A stretch of 64,000 nt of DNA from the NCBI RefSeq assembly GCF_009834535.1, contig NC_045697.1:94490001-94554000 (forward strand). The letters run 5' to 3'. Below the pieces are notes generated by a model. It did no database searches. It was not told the origin of the DNA and was given only the letters and a program-made list of their open reading frames with translations. Positions 1 to 14,226 of this stretch are shown here, one piece after another. Source of the DNA: Camelus ferus (taxonomy: Eukaryota). The number at the start of each line of letters is the position of its first letter. The first letter of the stretch is position 1. Made by a program: the position numbers and the translations under genes.

Positions 1-1149
1 GTTTCCTTAGTTTTTCCTATTTCTATTTGCAATAGTTTCTAATCTTGCATAACACATGAAACGTAAGTGTATATCCTTTTCTTTTATTAATGATATTGAT
101 CCTAAAACATATGATTGATCCACTCCAGATTAACCATGAGAAATGAAACCAAAGATTGGCTTTTACAACAAATTCAAATTTAATGTAGATGAAATCCTTC
201 AGTCTGTGTGAGAATAACCATCAGCATGCACGTGTCTGTTGTGGCCACATATCCTTTACAGACTTTTATTGCTTAGTAAGAAAACAGTGAGATGAATGAC
301 GTTCTATTGTCACTTCTGGTTTCCCATTATAACCTTTGCAGGAGTGTATTTTACTCCAGTCTACCGTTAAGTGCCTAGAAAAGTCAGACCATGGCTCCTA
401 CCCACTGGAAAACACTTCAGTTACAATTCCTATGTAAAGCATAGTTAACAAACATGTATTTCTTACTGACACCATTTTGATGTAGAATTAACAATTTTTT
501 CCTTGTTGTGAAGAAGTATTGTTTTTGTGCACCGCATGTGCTATAGTGTGTGCTGTACGTTTCTATGCATTGCATTTCACCCAGGCTGTTCGCATTTAGG
601 CAAACCATTTCAAATTGACTTTAAAAACAGCTTGAAATTAGTAAAGCAACTATGATTTTGTCTGCCCTGAGTCAGTAATACATTAGCCAAAATTTGGGCA
701 ACCTTTTTTTTGTTCTTAACATAATTGTGTCATTTAGTTGTCACATATGTATTTGAAATAATACAGCAGAATCAAACTTATTTTAAATATTTTCAGAGAG
801 TTATATTCATCATAGGACCACTTCCACTTAGTGAGTAATAAGATACAATATTTTTCTTAACAAATAACAGCGTGAGACAAGAAAAAGTTTTAAGATCTGT
901 GTTTATCAGTCCTTGTTCTGCTTCTGGACATAGAAACTTTCACTTCTTGTAAGGTCTTCAAACTCTTAGAAGATGTGTATGCTTACCATAAAATCACATC
1001 TGCTATACTTGTTAGGCAAATGGAGATACTGATGAATTCTCAAATCTCTCACATCTTTTATAATGAGTGTGCTTTTTTTTTTTTCCCAGTAAAATCACTC
1101 TAGTTTCTTCATTGGTAGCAGATTTGATGAAGGATTGAAGTCCTCTAGC

Positions 1150-2330
1150 TGAAAGCCGTGAGTTTTTAATTTGAGTTTATTTTTCGTTGGAAAGAGTAAG
1201 CTTAGATAGTTATTTTAGTCATGTTCTGTGAGTGGTAAACTCTGATGTTTTTAATATTGATAATTTAGCTATATGTGATTTTATCCATAGATTATGGCTA
1301 ATTTAGACGTACAATTCTAAATCGAGAGTTTTTTCAGCATTCTGGAACTATCACTGCATGCTTTCTTGTATCTATATTTGTTAATGAGAAATAATATCTT
1401 GAAATCACGTCTTTGTAGGTAATTTATCTTTCCTCTCTGATTTTAAAAATTGTATTTGTTGAATCTATGGTTTCATTTCAATGAACCTAATTGTACATTT
1501 ATTTTTGCAGATTTTCTTTAGTAATTCAGAGTTTAAGATGGTATAGCATAAATTCTGCCAGCCTAGGTGTAATCCACACCCAGGAGAATTAAACAGACTC
1601 TATAAAAACTACATTAGGGGACTATCTAAATGCTAGCTCAAATTTTTAAAAAAGGAGGGTGACCATGAAGAATGAGATTGTTGTTGTGGGAAATATGAAA
1701 TTCATTTTCTAGTTTTCTAGAAAGCTCAATGTTAAGTCCCCCAACAGGCTGGACCCTTGGTGCTGGGTGGCTAATTCCCTGGGGTAGTTTAGGTGCTGAT
1801 ATATTTCTTCATATCACCTTCTAGATTATCTGTACATTTATTTTCCTTGAGAATCAAACAGACCAGTGCATTTTCCAATCTAGCGCACAGAATCACTGTG
1901 AGAGAAAAGTGAAAATATACATAATTTGTAATTCTCATGCTCAATTTTATTTTTGCTTGGAGTGTTTTGTTCTGATTTTTTAAGCCATTAAATCCATTAT
2001 GTATCAATTTTATTTATGTCTTTTCCCAAGAACTAGATGTTAGAGTTTAATAAATGAAATGATTATTTTTCTATATTTTAATCATTTTTCAGCTTCTCTA
2101 TCAATTCTGTGCCCTACCTCAAAAATTATTTTCCTGTTTTTATTAGTCATAGTTGTTTCTGTAGCTTGAAAATAATCACTATAACTGATAACCTGTCTAT
2201 GGGCATAAAATTCTCCTCCATCTTTCATGGACATGGACCATTTTTATTCTTATGCAGTCTCTACATTTCTTTCTGCATGTCCTCTCTTTATCAACCCTAT
2301 CATTTTCCTTACTCATAAGGTTAGCCATCG
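1150..2330 (-). mobile_element. Highly decayed old L1 ORF1/HAL1-like fragments
   Basis: T-rich tracts resembling antisense L1 ORF1 (e.g. 1330-1510 'ttttcagcattctggaac...gtctttgtaggtaatttatctttcctctctg'). No ORF; boundaries approximate. Confidence 0.35.
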
Positions 2331-3299
2331 TGGCTTTGACTTTTTGTATATAACATCCATTTAGATTTGTCAATATGTCAACCCTAAAAATGGGCTCAAT
2401 TCTTTAGAATTTCTTTTGTAAAATTAGGCAGGCCATAGTGCATAATATTCTGGCCACACTACTGTTAGGCTCAGTATACCTGGATTAGGATGGTACACCC
2501 ATCAAACTGTAATACCCTAAGAAGTTCAGGGAGGACAGACACATTCTATGAGCAGAGGAGCAAAGGCAGACCGGATCTTTATTTTCAGCACAGACACAGT
2601 CTGTGAAGTTAGGGCCTCATGATCCTTCTTATTCTTAGGGTCTTAAGCGGAAAGTCTCAGCAAAGGAAACACAAATTTAAAAGGAATATGCTGGCCAAGA
2701 AATCAGAGCCATTCTACTTCTTAGTCCTTAGATATTTTCTCTTCATTGTGAAGCAGACTTCACCAAGTGCTGGATTGTTCACCCACTAAAAAGAATACGA
2801 GGTGGGATCTGGCCATCCTGCAGTTTTACCTGACTGGTGATGTGTCATTGACCCAGCAATCCTGCAGAGCACTGGTGGAACAGCAGGTTCAAGTCTGTGG
2901 ACGGCGCATATGGCCAGTACTATATATAAATAAAATACAAACTTAAAAAAATTATATTCAAAATAAATTGATTAGTGAAATGATCGAACATCACAGCTTT
3001 TCAAAAATGTGTTTAAAATATGTGTATACATGTTCTCTTGTCCAGATGGATATGTACACAGGAGAATACAGGGGAAATGAAGGTGAATGTGCAAAAATTA
3101 ATCCAGAGGGGAATACCAGTAGATATTAAATGAGTGGCAGGTGTGTTTAAGGTGGAAAAAATAATTATTTTAATTACAATAGAATAATTTTAATAAATGA
3201 ATGTCAAAGACTGTGTATGTACAAGTCTATACACACTAAGCATTAAGACTATGTAGAAATTACATTTAGAATGCATCGTGACATGTTTTCTTACTATAG

Positions 3300-3960
3300 G
3301 AGCTCTACTCAATTTAACTCATACATATTAAAGGTTTTTATTATGTGTAAGTTACTTTGCTAGCTCCTGGGGATATAATTGTAAATGTAATATGTATTCT
3401 TTTTAAAAAATACATAAATTCAGAAAAGAGTACAGACAAGTACACAGAGATATGATGTATTACATACTATGATGACAAAAAAATAGGAATTTTTAAATGG
3501 AAAAGTCTCATTGCCAGATGAAATGGCATACCAAATGAGACATAAAGTACAGGTAAAAGATCTTCAGGTATAAGGAGGTGTAAGAAAGATTACTGAAAGA
3601 CAAGATGTGATCTGTGTAAATGCCTCTAAAGAAAGGAGAAAGATCATGAAATTACAGGCAGCAAAATAATTCATCTACCTGAAGTAAAAATCATGAAGGC
3701 TGGAAAGGTGGATGGTAGTGGAGTGATAAGATTTGAAGCTAGAGAGACAACAGAAAGCCAGTTCATGTTGAGTCCATGTAGTTCATGGATAATAGTCTAT
3801 ATGTACATGTATAATAATCGAAGGCCAGTGGCAAGTCAAAAACTTGCAAAGTAGTGAAAGGTGGAAGAGATACATGATCCTCTTTGCATGTTGAAAGCCA
3901 TCTTTATTCTACCATGGTAAATTGATGAGGAAGTCATCTGGCAAAGCAGTGAGGCCAAGG
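3300..3960 (-). mobile_element. L2 LINE fragment, decayed
   Basis: Typical antisense L2 3' motifs ('ctagctcctggggatataattgtaaat', 'gatttgaagctagagagac', 'tttgcatgttgaaagccatc'). Confidence 0.45.
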
Positions 3961-4679
3961 GGGAGGTAACTGAAGCTTCCTATGCGAGCAATGAACCAGG
4001 AGCTTCGGTATTTTTTATAGTCATGCTTTATAAGAGATTCAAATTCAAAAATTTATTCAAAATATGACTATTTCAGAGCATAAATATTGGTAATTAAATT
4101 GAATGAAAATACTATGTTTTTGTAACTAAATTCAGAGCCGTCCATGTTCTTAGTAGATATACTGCACTAGTACTGAACACCATTTAAATGTGAGATACTG
4201 AAAAATTTTTTGTTTACTCTACTGACATTTAACCTAATAAAAATTTCACCTAAACAGTATTTAGGACTCAAGTCTATATGGGATATGTCTGCCCTTAGCT
4301 TTGCCAGAGGCAAACTGTATTTTTGTTGATAGAGTGAGCATTATGCCTTCCTCTGGAATTCCCTGTTCATGGCTTATTCAGTAAGTTCAGTGTGTTCAAA
4401 GTACTCTTCTTCTTATTTCTTTTTCTGAACAGTGGTGAGACCCTGTATGATTTTGCTTTCCATGAATTAAGATGACAGAGTATTCTTTTCAGAAATAAAT
4501 TAAATGAAACATAAATAGACACATTTTTTCTCAGTGACAAAGAAAAGCATTATGGGGATAAAATTCATGGGGACAATTATAATACACAATGAAAATGTGT
4601 GTGTGTGTTATGACTTTAGAAAAATATTAACTGTTAATTCATAAAATGGTATATATCTTACTTTAAAAGACAGTACTTG

Positions 4680-5012
4680 AGACACTAGTGAACTCATATG
4701 CAAAACAGAAACAGACTTACAGACATAGTAAACAATCTTATGGTTACTAGGTGAAAGGGAATGGGAAGGGATAAATTTAGGACTTTGAGATTTGCAAATG
4801 TTAGCCAGTATATATAAAAATAAATTAAAAAACCCAAATTTCTTCTGTATAGCACAGAGAACTATATTCAATATCTTATAATAACATTTAATGACAAAGA
4901 ATATGAAAATGAATACATGTATGTATATGCATGACTAGGACATTGTGCTGTGCACCAGAAAGTGACCATACTTTGTACATTGTAATTGACTGTACTTTAA
5001 TTAAAAAAACCC
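4680..5012 (+). mobile_element. 5'-truncated young L1 3' UTR insertion
   Basis: L1 3' UTR motifs ('aaacagaaacagacttacagacatag', 'ctgtatagcacagagaactatattcaatatc'), A-rich tail, and TSD ACAGTACTTG at 4670-4679 and 5017-5026 at a TT/AAAA site. Confidence 0.9.
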
Positions 5013-5379
5013 AAAAACAGTACTTGGACTAAATAGGGGTTCGTGGCCCTTCTGTCTTTCCCTCAAATCTTTATCCCTTTTTTGTCTTTCGTTTTATTTT
5101 ATAAATATTTAAAAATTATATAAACATAAAGACTCTTGGCTGGATTATGTGTTTTAAAGACCTAAAAATATAATGAAAGATTTTAACATTTATATCAAAA
5201 TAAAATTTTATGAAAGAAATAATGGACAGATTTAATGTTAATTAATACTGAAACTTAATATTCACTGTGTTATTCCATTGTACTAAAGTAACAGCACCTT
5301 AAGTAGTAACTGCTTAAAAGTGTCATATGTTGATTCTTTGAGCAGATTTTTTAAAATGCAACAATGAAAACAAAACAAA

Positions 5380-6590
5380 ATCCCTTATAAGCACCTACTC
5401 AGATTGATCAAGAAAAAGAAACCAACAAATTATAACAGAATGAATGAGAGAGCAGTTAACACTGTAGAGTCTATACATAATTAAAGGACAAAAGATAATA
5501 TTTCGTCCAACTTGATACCAATAAATTGGAAAACTTTGTAGAAATGGACAAATTTCTTAGAAAATGGTACTGAGCAGAACTCACATGCCATAAAATAGGA
5601 AATTGTAATAGCTTTAAGTCTGCTAAAGAAACAGAACTCCTCATCAAAAATTTTGCTACAAAGAAATTTTAGACTCAGGTATTTTCACTGTTGAAGTTTA
5701 TAAAATACTTAAGAAGAGATACTAATCTCATAGACATTTATCTAGAAAAGAAAGAAAGAGGTGTCCCTTCCTAATTTCTTTTTGAGTTTAGAAAAACCAT
5801 ACTCCTCCAACCTCACAAAGACAAAAAAAGAAATTTATGGTCTAATATTGCTCATGAATATAGATGTAACAATACTTAAAATATTAGCAATTCAATCCAA
5901 TAATTCATTGAAAGAATAATACATTATGACTCAGTAAATGTTATCTCAGTAAAGTAAGGTTGTTTTAACAAACCATTTCAATAGATGCAAGAAAAGAATT
6001 TGAAAAAATCAACATCAATTTCTGTTCAAAACTCTTAGTAAATTAAGAATAGAGGGGAACTTCTTCAAGATAAGTATGATAAATCTATAACTAATGTCAT
6101 ATTTAATGGTGAATTATTGAACACATATGTTTCAGGATATTCACTCTTACCATTTTACATTCTAAGGAAAATACAAAAAAAACTACAAGAAATATTAACT
6201 ATATTTTGGCAGAATCACAATACTAATATACAAAAGTTAATTTTATTTTCAAACAGTAACAGCAAACAGAGAGGAAATAAATTTAAAAACATTCTATTTA
6301 TAACAGTGTCAAAATTCATATTGGTTAAACAAACATTTAGCAAAATGTGAATAAAAAATGTATAATAAAAACAAACTATAGATTTAAGAAATTTTTTTAA
6401 ATATCTAAAGAAATTATGAGTTATTCTATAATCATGGTTTGGAAGAACCAATATTATTAAGAAATCAACTCTTCTTAAAGTAAGTGAATATTCAATACAA
6501 TCTCAGTCAAAATTCTAGTAAGCTATTTTTTTTCATAGTAATCAAAAACTATTTCCAAAATTTACATGGAAATATAAAATATCTAGATCA
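5380..6590 (+). mobile_element. Old L1 (L1M-type) ORF2 remnant; resumes at ~7690-7830
   Basis: Degenerate ORF2 motifs ('gaaatggacaaatttcttag', 'catgaatatagatgtaacaatacttaaa', 'tcaatagatgcaagaaaagaatttga', 'catggtttggaagaaccaatattattaag'). Confidence 0.8.
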
Positions 6591-7683
6591 AATTACCTAT
6601 GACATTTTTCACAGAAATGGAACAAATAATCCTACAATTTGTCTGGACTCACAAAAGACCCAGAATTGCCAAAGCAACACTGAAGAAAAAAGAATGAAGC
6701 TGGAGGCATACCCCTCTCTGACTTCAAACAATACTATAAAGTTACAGTAATTAAAACAACCTGGTATTGGTCCAAAAACAGACATATAGATCAATGAAAC
6801 AGACTAGAGAACCCAGAAATAAACACTCACACCTACAGTCAGTCCATTAATCTTCAACAAAAGAGGAAAGAACATACAATGGAGAAAAAGTCTATTCGGC
6901 AAATGGTATTGGGAAAACTGGATAGCAGCATGTAAATCAATGAAGTTAGAATGCTCCCTCACACCATACACAAAAATAAACTCCAAATGGCTAAAAGACT
7001 TAAACATGATGGGATATCATAAATCCCCTAGAAGAAAATAGGCAAAACATTCTCTGACATAAATTGTAGCAATGTTTTCCTAGCTCAGTTTACCAAAGCA
7101 ATAGAAATAAAAGCAAAAAACCCAACCAACCAACCAACCAACCAAGCAAACACAAAACCAAACAAACAAATGGTACTTAATTAAACTTATTAGTTTTGCT
7201 CAGCAAAGGAAACCATAAACAAACCAAAAAGGCAACCTACAGGATGGGAGAAAATATTTGCAAACAATGCAACTGACCTTCCAGAATATACAAACAGCTC
7301 ATACAACTCAATAACAACAACAACAACAAAAAAAACAATCAAAAACTGGGCCAAAGAACTAAACAGATTTCTCCAAAGAAGACATACAGATGGCCAATAG
7401 ATTTGTGAAAAGATGCTCAATATCGCTAATTATCAGAGAAATATAAATCGAAACTACACTGAGGTATCACCTCACACCAGTCAGAATGACCATCATTAAA
7501 AAGTCCACAAACTATAAATACTGGAAAGGCTGTAGGGTAAAGGGAACTCTCCTACTCTGTTGATGGGAATGTAATTTGGTGCAGCCACTATGGGAAATAC
7601 TATGGAGATTCCTTAAAAAACTAAAAATAGACTTACCATATGATCCAGCAGTTCCACTCCTGGTAACTCCAATTCATAAAGAT
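6591..7683 (+). mobile_element. Younger L1 ORF2 3' segment nested in the older L1, with no 3' UTR or polyA
   Basis: Well-preserved ORF2 C-terminal motifs ('aaaagacccagaattgccaaagc', 'gacatatagatcaatg', 'gaggtatcacctcacaccagtcagaatg', 'ccatatgatccagcagttccactcctgg'). Confidence 0.85.
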
Positions 7684-10600
7684 GGATGATCAAATCTTGA
7701 AAGAAAAAAAGAAAGAAAACAATCAAGGATTTATACTTGATTTGAAGGTGTATAAGTTTATATTAATCAAGACAGTGTGGCATTTGAATGAGGCAAGACA
7801 AATCAATGATTAGTGGAAAAAACTTAAAAAGTCAAAATGATAAGCAAAACAACAACAAAGAGATATTGTTACAAATTGCAATTAACACTCTAATAGCTAA
7901 ACCCTTTCCAAATATTCAACAATTATCCATTCAAATACAATACTTTGCATTTTATTTGGTTGTGTTTTCTATGTGCCTTATCAAGGTTTATTTATTTAGT
8001 AAGCATTATCTATTTTAATCATGGTTGTAGTAAATATTTATCAAAATGTCTTTTCATATTTCTGGTGTTTTGTTATATAAAGTTGTTTTTATTCTTACAT
8101 CATGAAATGTACAATGGGATGTATCAATATTCTTCCATTGGTTTTGACTTTCCTTATTTTTTTTATTTCTTTCCTTCTTTTTAATAGTTTTCAATCTTTA
8201 ATTTAATCTATAAAATGAATTATTTATTTGGTTGAAAGGCAGAGTGATCATTTTGAGACACTGCTCTAATTTTATTTCTCCCCTACTGTTCCTCCTTTAA
8301 TAGGACTTCTAGTTTAAAATGGTATCAGCCTAGGCACATATAACATTGTCTTTTCGAACTTTTTAGTTAATCACAATAAGAAAAATCAAAAAGGGCAAAA
8401 ATTTTACAAATATATCACTAATTAAGAAAGATCAGTTATTGTCAGAACTCATATCCAACAGCAAACAATCAAAACTCTGAGTTAATATAACATGATGAAG
8501 TAATTTCTCTCCAAATGCTTTAAGCCATATTAAAGAAAAAAAAATAGAACTTTCCATTCTGAACACAGTGTTATCATGTCTTATTTTTGTGATAATGAAC
8601 TTTAGAAAAAATTAGTAAGTGCAAGATTGCCAAAGAGATGACTGAATTCATGATAAATATATTGAATTACTATTTCTGAGTGATAATTTGCCTATATTTT
8701 TATAAAGCATTAGTCAAAATTTTATCAGTTTTACTGCCATTCCTGTTTCTGAAATCTTAGAATACAACTTAAAACATACAGTTAAAAATAGTTAAGCTTT
8801 TTATTTGGTTTGACATTAATTTAAATTCACTTTTTATCCTTTTATAAGACTATTTGTAAGTTCTTATCACATAGTCTATTTTTAATGTTCTACATTTTAA
8901 ATAATAGATTTTTTTAACCTCTAAGAGATGATTTTACCTTTCTTCTGAATATCTATTTGAAATAGTCAGCAGGATTAAAATATTTCAACAGAAAACTGAA
9001 ATATGTCATGTAAGTATTCATTCATGAGTACCTGCTCAGCAATTTAATGTACAGATTTTGAAAACAGATAAAGCAAATCAATAGGAGCCACAATGTTTAT
9101 AAAAGCCATAGATTATTGCATTTTTAATATTTTAATGCTTTATCACTTGTTTTTAAAAAGTGAAAGGTTATTTGAAAGTCATTGTTTCCTGTATGAGATT
9201 TCATTAATTTTTCAAGTGAATATTTCCCAGAGATGCTTGACTTAAGAAGTGCTTAAAATGAAAATGTGCCTAAAAAGAAAAGACGCTGCTCTGAGACATG
9301 CTCCTTGAACACGTTTGGCGGCTCAGAACCCCGGACAAATTCTCAAAAAAACATTTTTACTCCATTAAAAAGTAACATTGCACCTGTCACTGATACATAA
9401 AATATTGGTATACAGTTTGAATGTATCTACTACTCACGTTGTGTTTCACTAATCCTTCTATGCAATTGTATGAGATTCAAACATCAGTTCATTCTAAATG
9501 AGTTAAAGTATTTTATTTCTCTGTAAAGTAAAATTTGTACATTTTGTCATAATATTGTGAGTGGTCAGGGATGTTATAATAGAGAAAACAGTTTATACTA
9601 TTTATTATGATTCTCTTGGAGGTGTCAAAAGGAAAAGTAGTCAGAATGATAATTATTTTGGGGGGAAGAAAACACTGGGGCAATGACAACTAAGTAACTT
9701 CCCCAAAATAGACTAGAGAAGATCATATTTAAGCTCTGATGAAGCTGATTTCAGAATTTTGTTTCTTAATATTCTAGCCTTTTTTTTTTAAGGTAAATAA
9801 AAGTCAAGAGACGTGGATAGTAAAAGATAACATTAATATAGATCTACGTATGTCAATAAATTTTATATTCATAAAAAATTTTTATAATATATCTCATACG
9901 AACATAACAGATGGTACTGCTTTCATAAAATGCTAGCATCAACATAGAAATTAATAGGTTTAATTCACATTAATTTATCTGAATTTTAAAAACTAGGGTA
10001 TTTTATACCAGTGTTGTTTTAAATTTTATATAAAACACAGAGACAGGAAAATCTTCATGTATTTATTCTATAGCATGTATGTTTACACATATATGTATCA
10101 TATATCATATATATAATACCTCCTGTTTATAATTTTAACACAAAAAGTAGCTTTACAGCCTGGTTAAACCACAAGTGCTCTGTTATAAGGAAACGTAGCT
10201 GACAAGTTTACCAGGTCTTACAATAAGAATCTCCTTCACTTGCTCTAACAAGCCAATGCCCTGTTTCCCAAGAACATTCTTTTGGAGACTCTTGAATGTG
10301 TATGTGCCTTGAAAGGATGGCCTAGCTACATTGCGATTTTCTCTTTTTATCTTCAGTGTTTGGAATTCAGCTCAAGTCAAGACCAAAGAAGCAATTCTAC
10401 CTCGCAAGTGCTGCAGCTGGTTTCCTCCAGGGCCCCTCCATTCAGAGCAAGGGAAGGAGTGGCCGACTCAGGCGAGATTAGTTTAAAAGGAAAATCAATA
10501 CTGCTTCCTCAACCTCATGAAGTCTTGAGCTACCCTGGCCAGGATCAAAAGAAGAAAGGTTGGCGGTGAGAACGGTGCTCAGAGATGTATACCAGGTTAC

Positions 10601-13600
10601 TTGGACTTTTGCCAAATATACCACTAGCACGGGTTCCCTCCAACCATCTGGTTTAATTAAAAAATACAAATATTGGGAAACAATAAGCCAAAGGTTTCTT
10701 TCCCTTAGCCATGTGTTACTATTGTCTAGATATGGACTGAATTATGTTTTTCAAATATTAAAGAGTTTGTAAAATGTATGTATAAATATAACATAAGAAA
10801 GAAATAACAAATCATTCTTATGATACTAATATTACAAACTAGTAGTGAATTCTATCAAAATCTCATCAATGCAAACTATTTGGATTTATCTAAATAGTAT
10901 GTTTTCCCTTTTTTGTAGACACAAATCAGGAAATTTTAATCAAAATTCACATCCAGAAGTTATTTTAGTGTCATAGAAATACATTGTTTTCTTTGTTTTG
11001 CTTAACCATTCAAAATTAAAAGTTTCCAATACCAAACAGAATCAAAAGAAATGTAAAATTCTATTGACATCAGGTGAAAATTTGATGCATGAAATGTGTC
11101 TCAATTTGTGTATTTTTTAAATTCTACAAATAATGTCCATTGTGTGCTAGATGTTGTTTTAAGATCCAAAGAGAAAAATAATGAACAAAGTAAAGATCAT
11201 CCCATTTCTCATGGAGACTGAGTTAAACAGGAAGACCAATGTTAATTTGACCATGTGAACAAATCACTAAATGAACAGAATTATGATACAGTGTTTTCTT
11301 TACCCCAATACATCTTTTCCCCCATTAACATAATTCCCCACTGAGCAGAGAATCACATAAATGTAGTTTAAAAATATTCTAATCAAATCACTTTGGGCAT
11401 GTTGAAACACTGACGTCTTTAATGTCTTTACCTTCCTGGATGACGATACAAATGGACTTCTAACGTTCTCCACACAATTTTATTTTTTCCATACTATGTT
11501 TTTCAGACTAGTAGTGCCCATCATACCACAAAAATTGCAATACTGACTCTTTAGACCATGGATGTGTGTTTTTCTTTCAAGGCTTAACTGGAATTAAAAA
11601 AGCAGACTTAAACATTACAGTTAATTTTCTAATGTATTTTGGGGGAATATAATATTGAGAAAGTATTCCAAAGGATACTTTGGAAGGATGTTCCTCTTTT
11701 GTCCAGTATCATTATTCTTAAGGACACAAATAATTCCATGCTGACTTTTTGTTTTTTCACTTTTATCTTGTCTTAAAACTTTTGAACAAATGCAAAACAC
11801 AGATAACTGCCATGCAAAGTGGAAAACAATTTCAACCTTTCATACTCAAGGCTACTTTGCAAAGAGTGAATGGTGCTGTATAGCATAGAAAGTTTCAAAT
11901 AAATCATAATTCTTTGAATTTAGAAAGATGGAGAGCGACTGTAGTAACCAAATTAGATGTCACACTACGCTAAATATGCAAAAAAAAAAATCTTTGTGCA
12001 GATGGTGAAAATCAAATCCATTCTCAACTTCACAAGGCATGTCTATATGATGAAAAATATCAGTTTAACAAACCATCCATCTGCCATATTCAACCATCTT
12101 AAAACCAAATAAATGCAATGTAAATATCTGGTGGCTAATAGTACAGAAATACTTTGACTTTTTAAAATTATAAATAATAGATATAATTCCATTCAACAAT
12201 TCTTTGATAAGTCACTATTTATCATATTCACTATAATTATTTATAGTTACATGAATTATTATACAGTCACTATTAAGTTTTTATAGTCACTATTAAGTCA
12301 CTATCATTATAGTCACTATTAAGGTGGATGTGGTGCTAAGGTATCGTAATTGATATTTTTAAAGCAAAGTCATTAATTAAAAATGAAAAAATACTTAGTT
12401 CAATGAAATATATCATTAGATGTAAACATCATATCTATGTTTATATCTATATATTAGTAGATATGGATATCTATGTCTATATCAATCTATATTGAATATA
12501 TACATATACTATACCTATCTTTGTATTACATACACAAACATATATTCCATCTCTTCTCTTCTGAAACAATTTTACAAAATAAAAATCAAAGAAAAGCTTA
12601 ATGTCTGATGTTAGCTTATAAAATATGTGTGATGTTAATAATGTTTTTTATTTGTACAGTGACTATAATGGTGTTTGTGTTTAACTAGTGTATATGAAAT
12701 TATTTCTCAATAGAAAGTTGAGAAAACTAGAATATAAAATGTTCTTGTAATACTATATATTTACAAGTAAATGCAAGGCTATATATAGCATATTACATAT
12801 GAATACAGAAATATATACAAGACCAAGGCTTGTATGAAAAAAACTTAATTAGCGTGCATTTTTGTATTCAGTAAGTCAAATTTTAAACATAAACTAATAA
12901 AATGAAACTATCAGATTACAGAATTAAGATCTGATGACCAACACAGACCCCTGTAGTGTAAGTGAGGGCCTACAGTAGAGGCTACTGAGAGGCCAGTGTT
13001 AACAGTGGCCGGAGGACACCCAGAAGTACAAGGGAAGATGGTGAGCAGGGGTTTTGACTGTTGAGCAATGTGCCCAAAGTCGAAGAGCTAGTAAGTGACA
13101 GACCTGAACGCTAATGGCGTGGCCTGTTCTCCCTCCCACTCTTCTACAAAGCCTTCATCTCTCAGTTCACATTGTGAACCATGTAACAATGTCACTGAGT
13201 ACATGGCATTACCTTTATTTACAGATACATAAATATCTGGTCAAATGGATCTCTTTATACTTCGTGTTTCTTGAATTTGATTTTAAGGTTATAATGTCTG
13301 TCAAAACCTTTGCAGTAACTTCCAGATTGCATTCCTTTTTAAAATTTGCAGTCACTAGTTTTATCTGAAAATAAATTTAATTTGAGATAAGGAGAAGTTG
13401 AACTCTAAATTTATTCATTTCTCCATATGGAGAGATGGTTTAGTAGTCACTATTTATTTTGCAAGCTTTTAAAGCCTTTACTTAATCCTTGTATTTTGAT
13501 GATTCCTAGTGAACAGTCACTTCAGTTCAATGGACGATGATATTAGAGCAACACAGACTTGGCTATTATTAAGATACACTGACCATTTGACAGACAAAAT

Positions 13601-14226
13601 TAGTGGCTATTGTTGAATTCGTTTGTATTTTTGGGGGGTGTGTGTGAATGAGAGAGAGAGAAGAGAGAGACTGGTTACATTAGTTGCTTAGTTGCCCATT
13701 TTTCTATGGAAATTAATTTTGCCTTGTTCTTACTTAAAAAGACTATATATTTATATATTTTCAGATTTAGTTTCTTTTCCCTATCATAAAATTTGCAGAG
13801 TATCCTGATTTGCTACTTGCCTTTTAATTTTATGCCTGCATTACAAGCACTCAAAATGTTTTCATGTAGACAGATATAGATTTAATTTTTCTTGATAGAA
13901 TATTTATGTCTTTTGAGCTAAGAAGTGCTCACTTGAGTCAAAGATTATATTACACTGTGATTATCATCTCTGTCTGATCAATTCTATCTCTTTGCTTTAT
14001 TCTAAATTGAGGAATAGATCTTTGAGTTTTCCCTGTACTTCACTGATTAGATTATATGCAATATCAACTGTTTTGGCTCTTTCTAAATCTTGTGAACATT
14101 TTATACAAACTTTTATCTCTGCTGCCATCCCAACCTGCTCTCTTTTCATTAGATAGCCTATCTTTTTAAAAAATAAGTTTACAGATTATGGCTCTGTGGA
14201 GATGTAAATATTTTTGTACATAGAAT

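Noticed and set aside
12205..12325. CRISPR-like repeat-spacer array
   Set aside because: Repeats are only 10-13 bp, spacing is irregular, there are no cas genes, and the context is mammalian.
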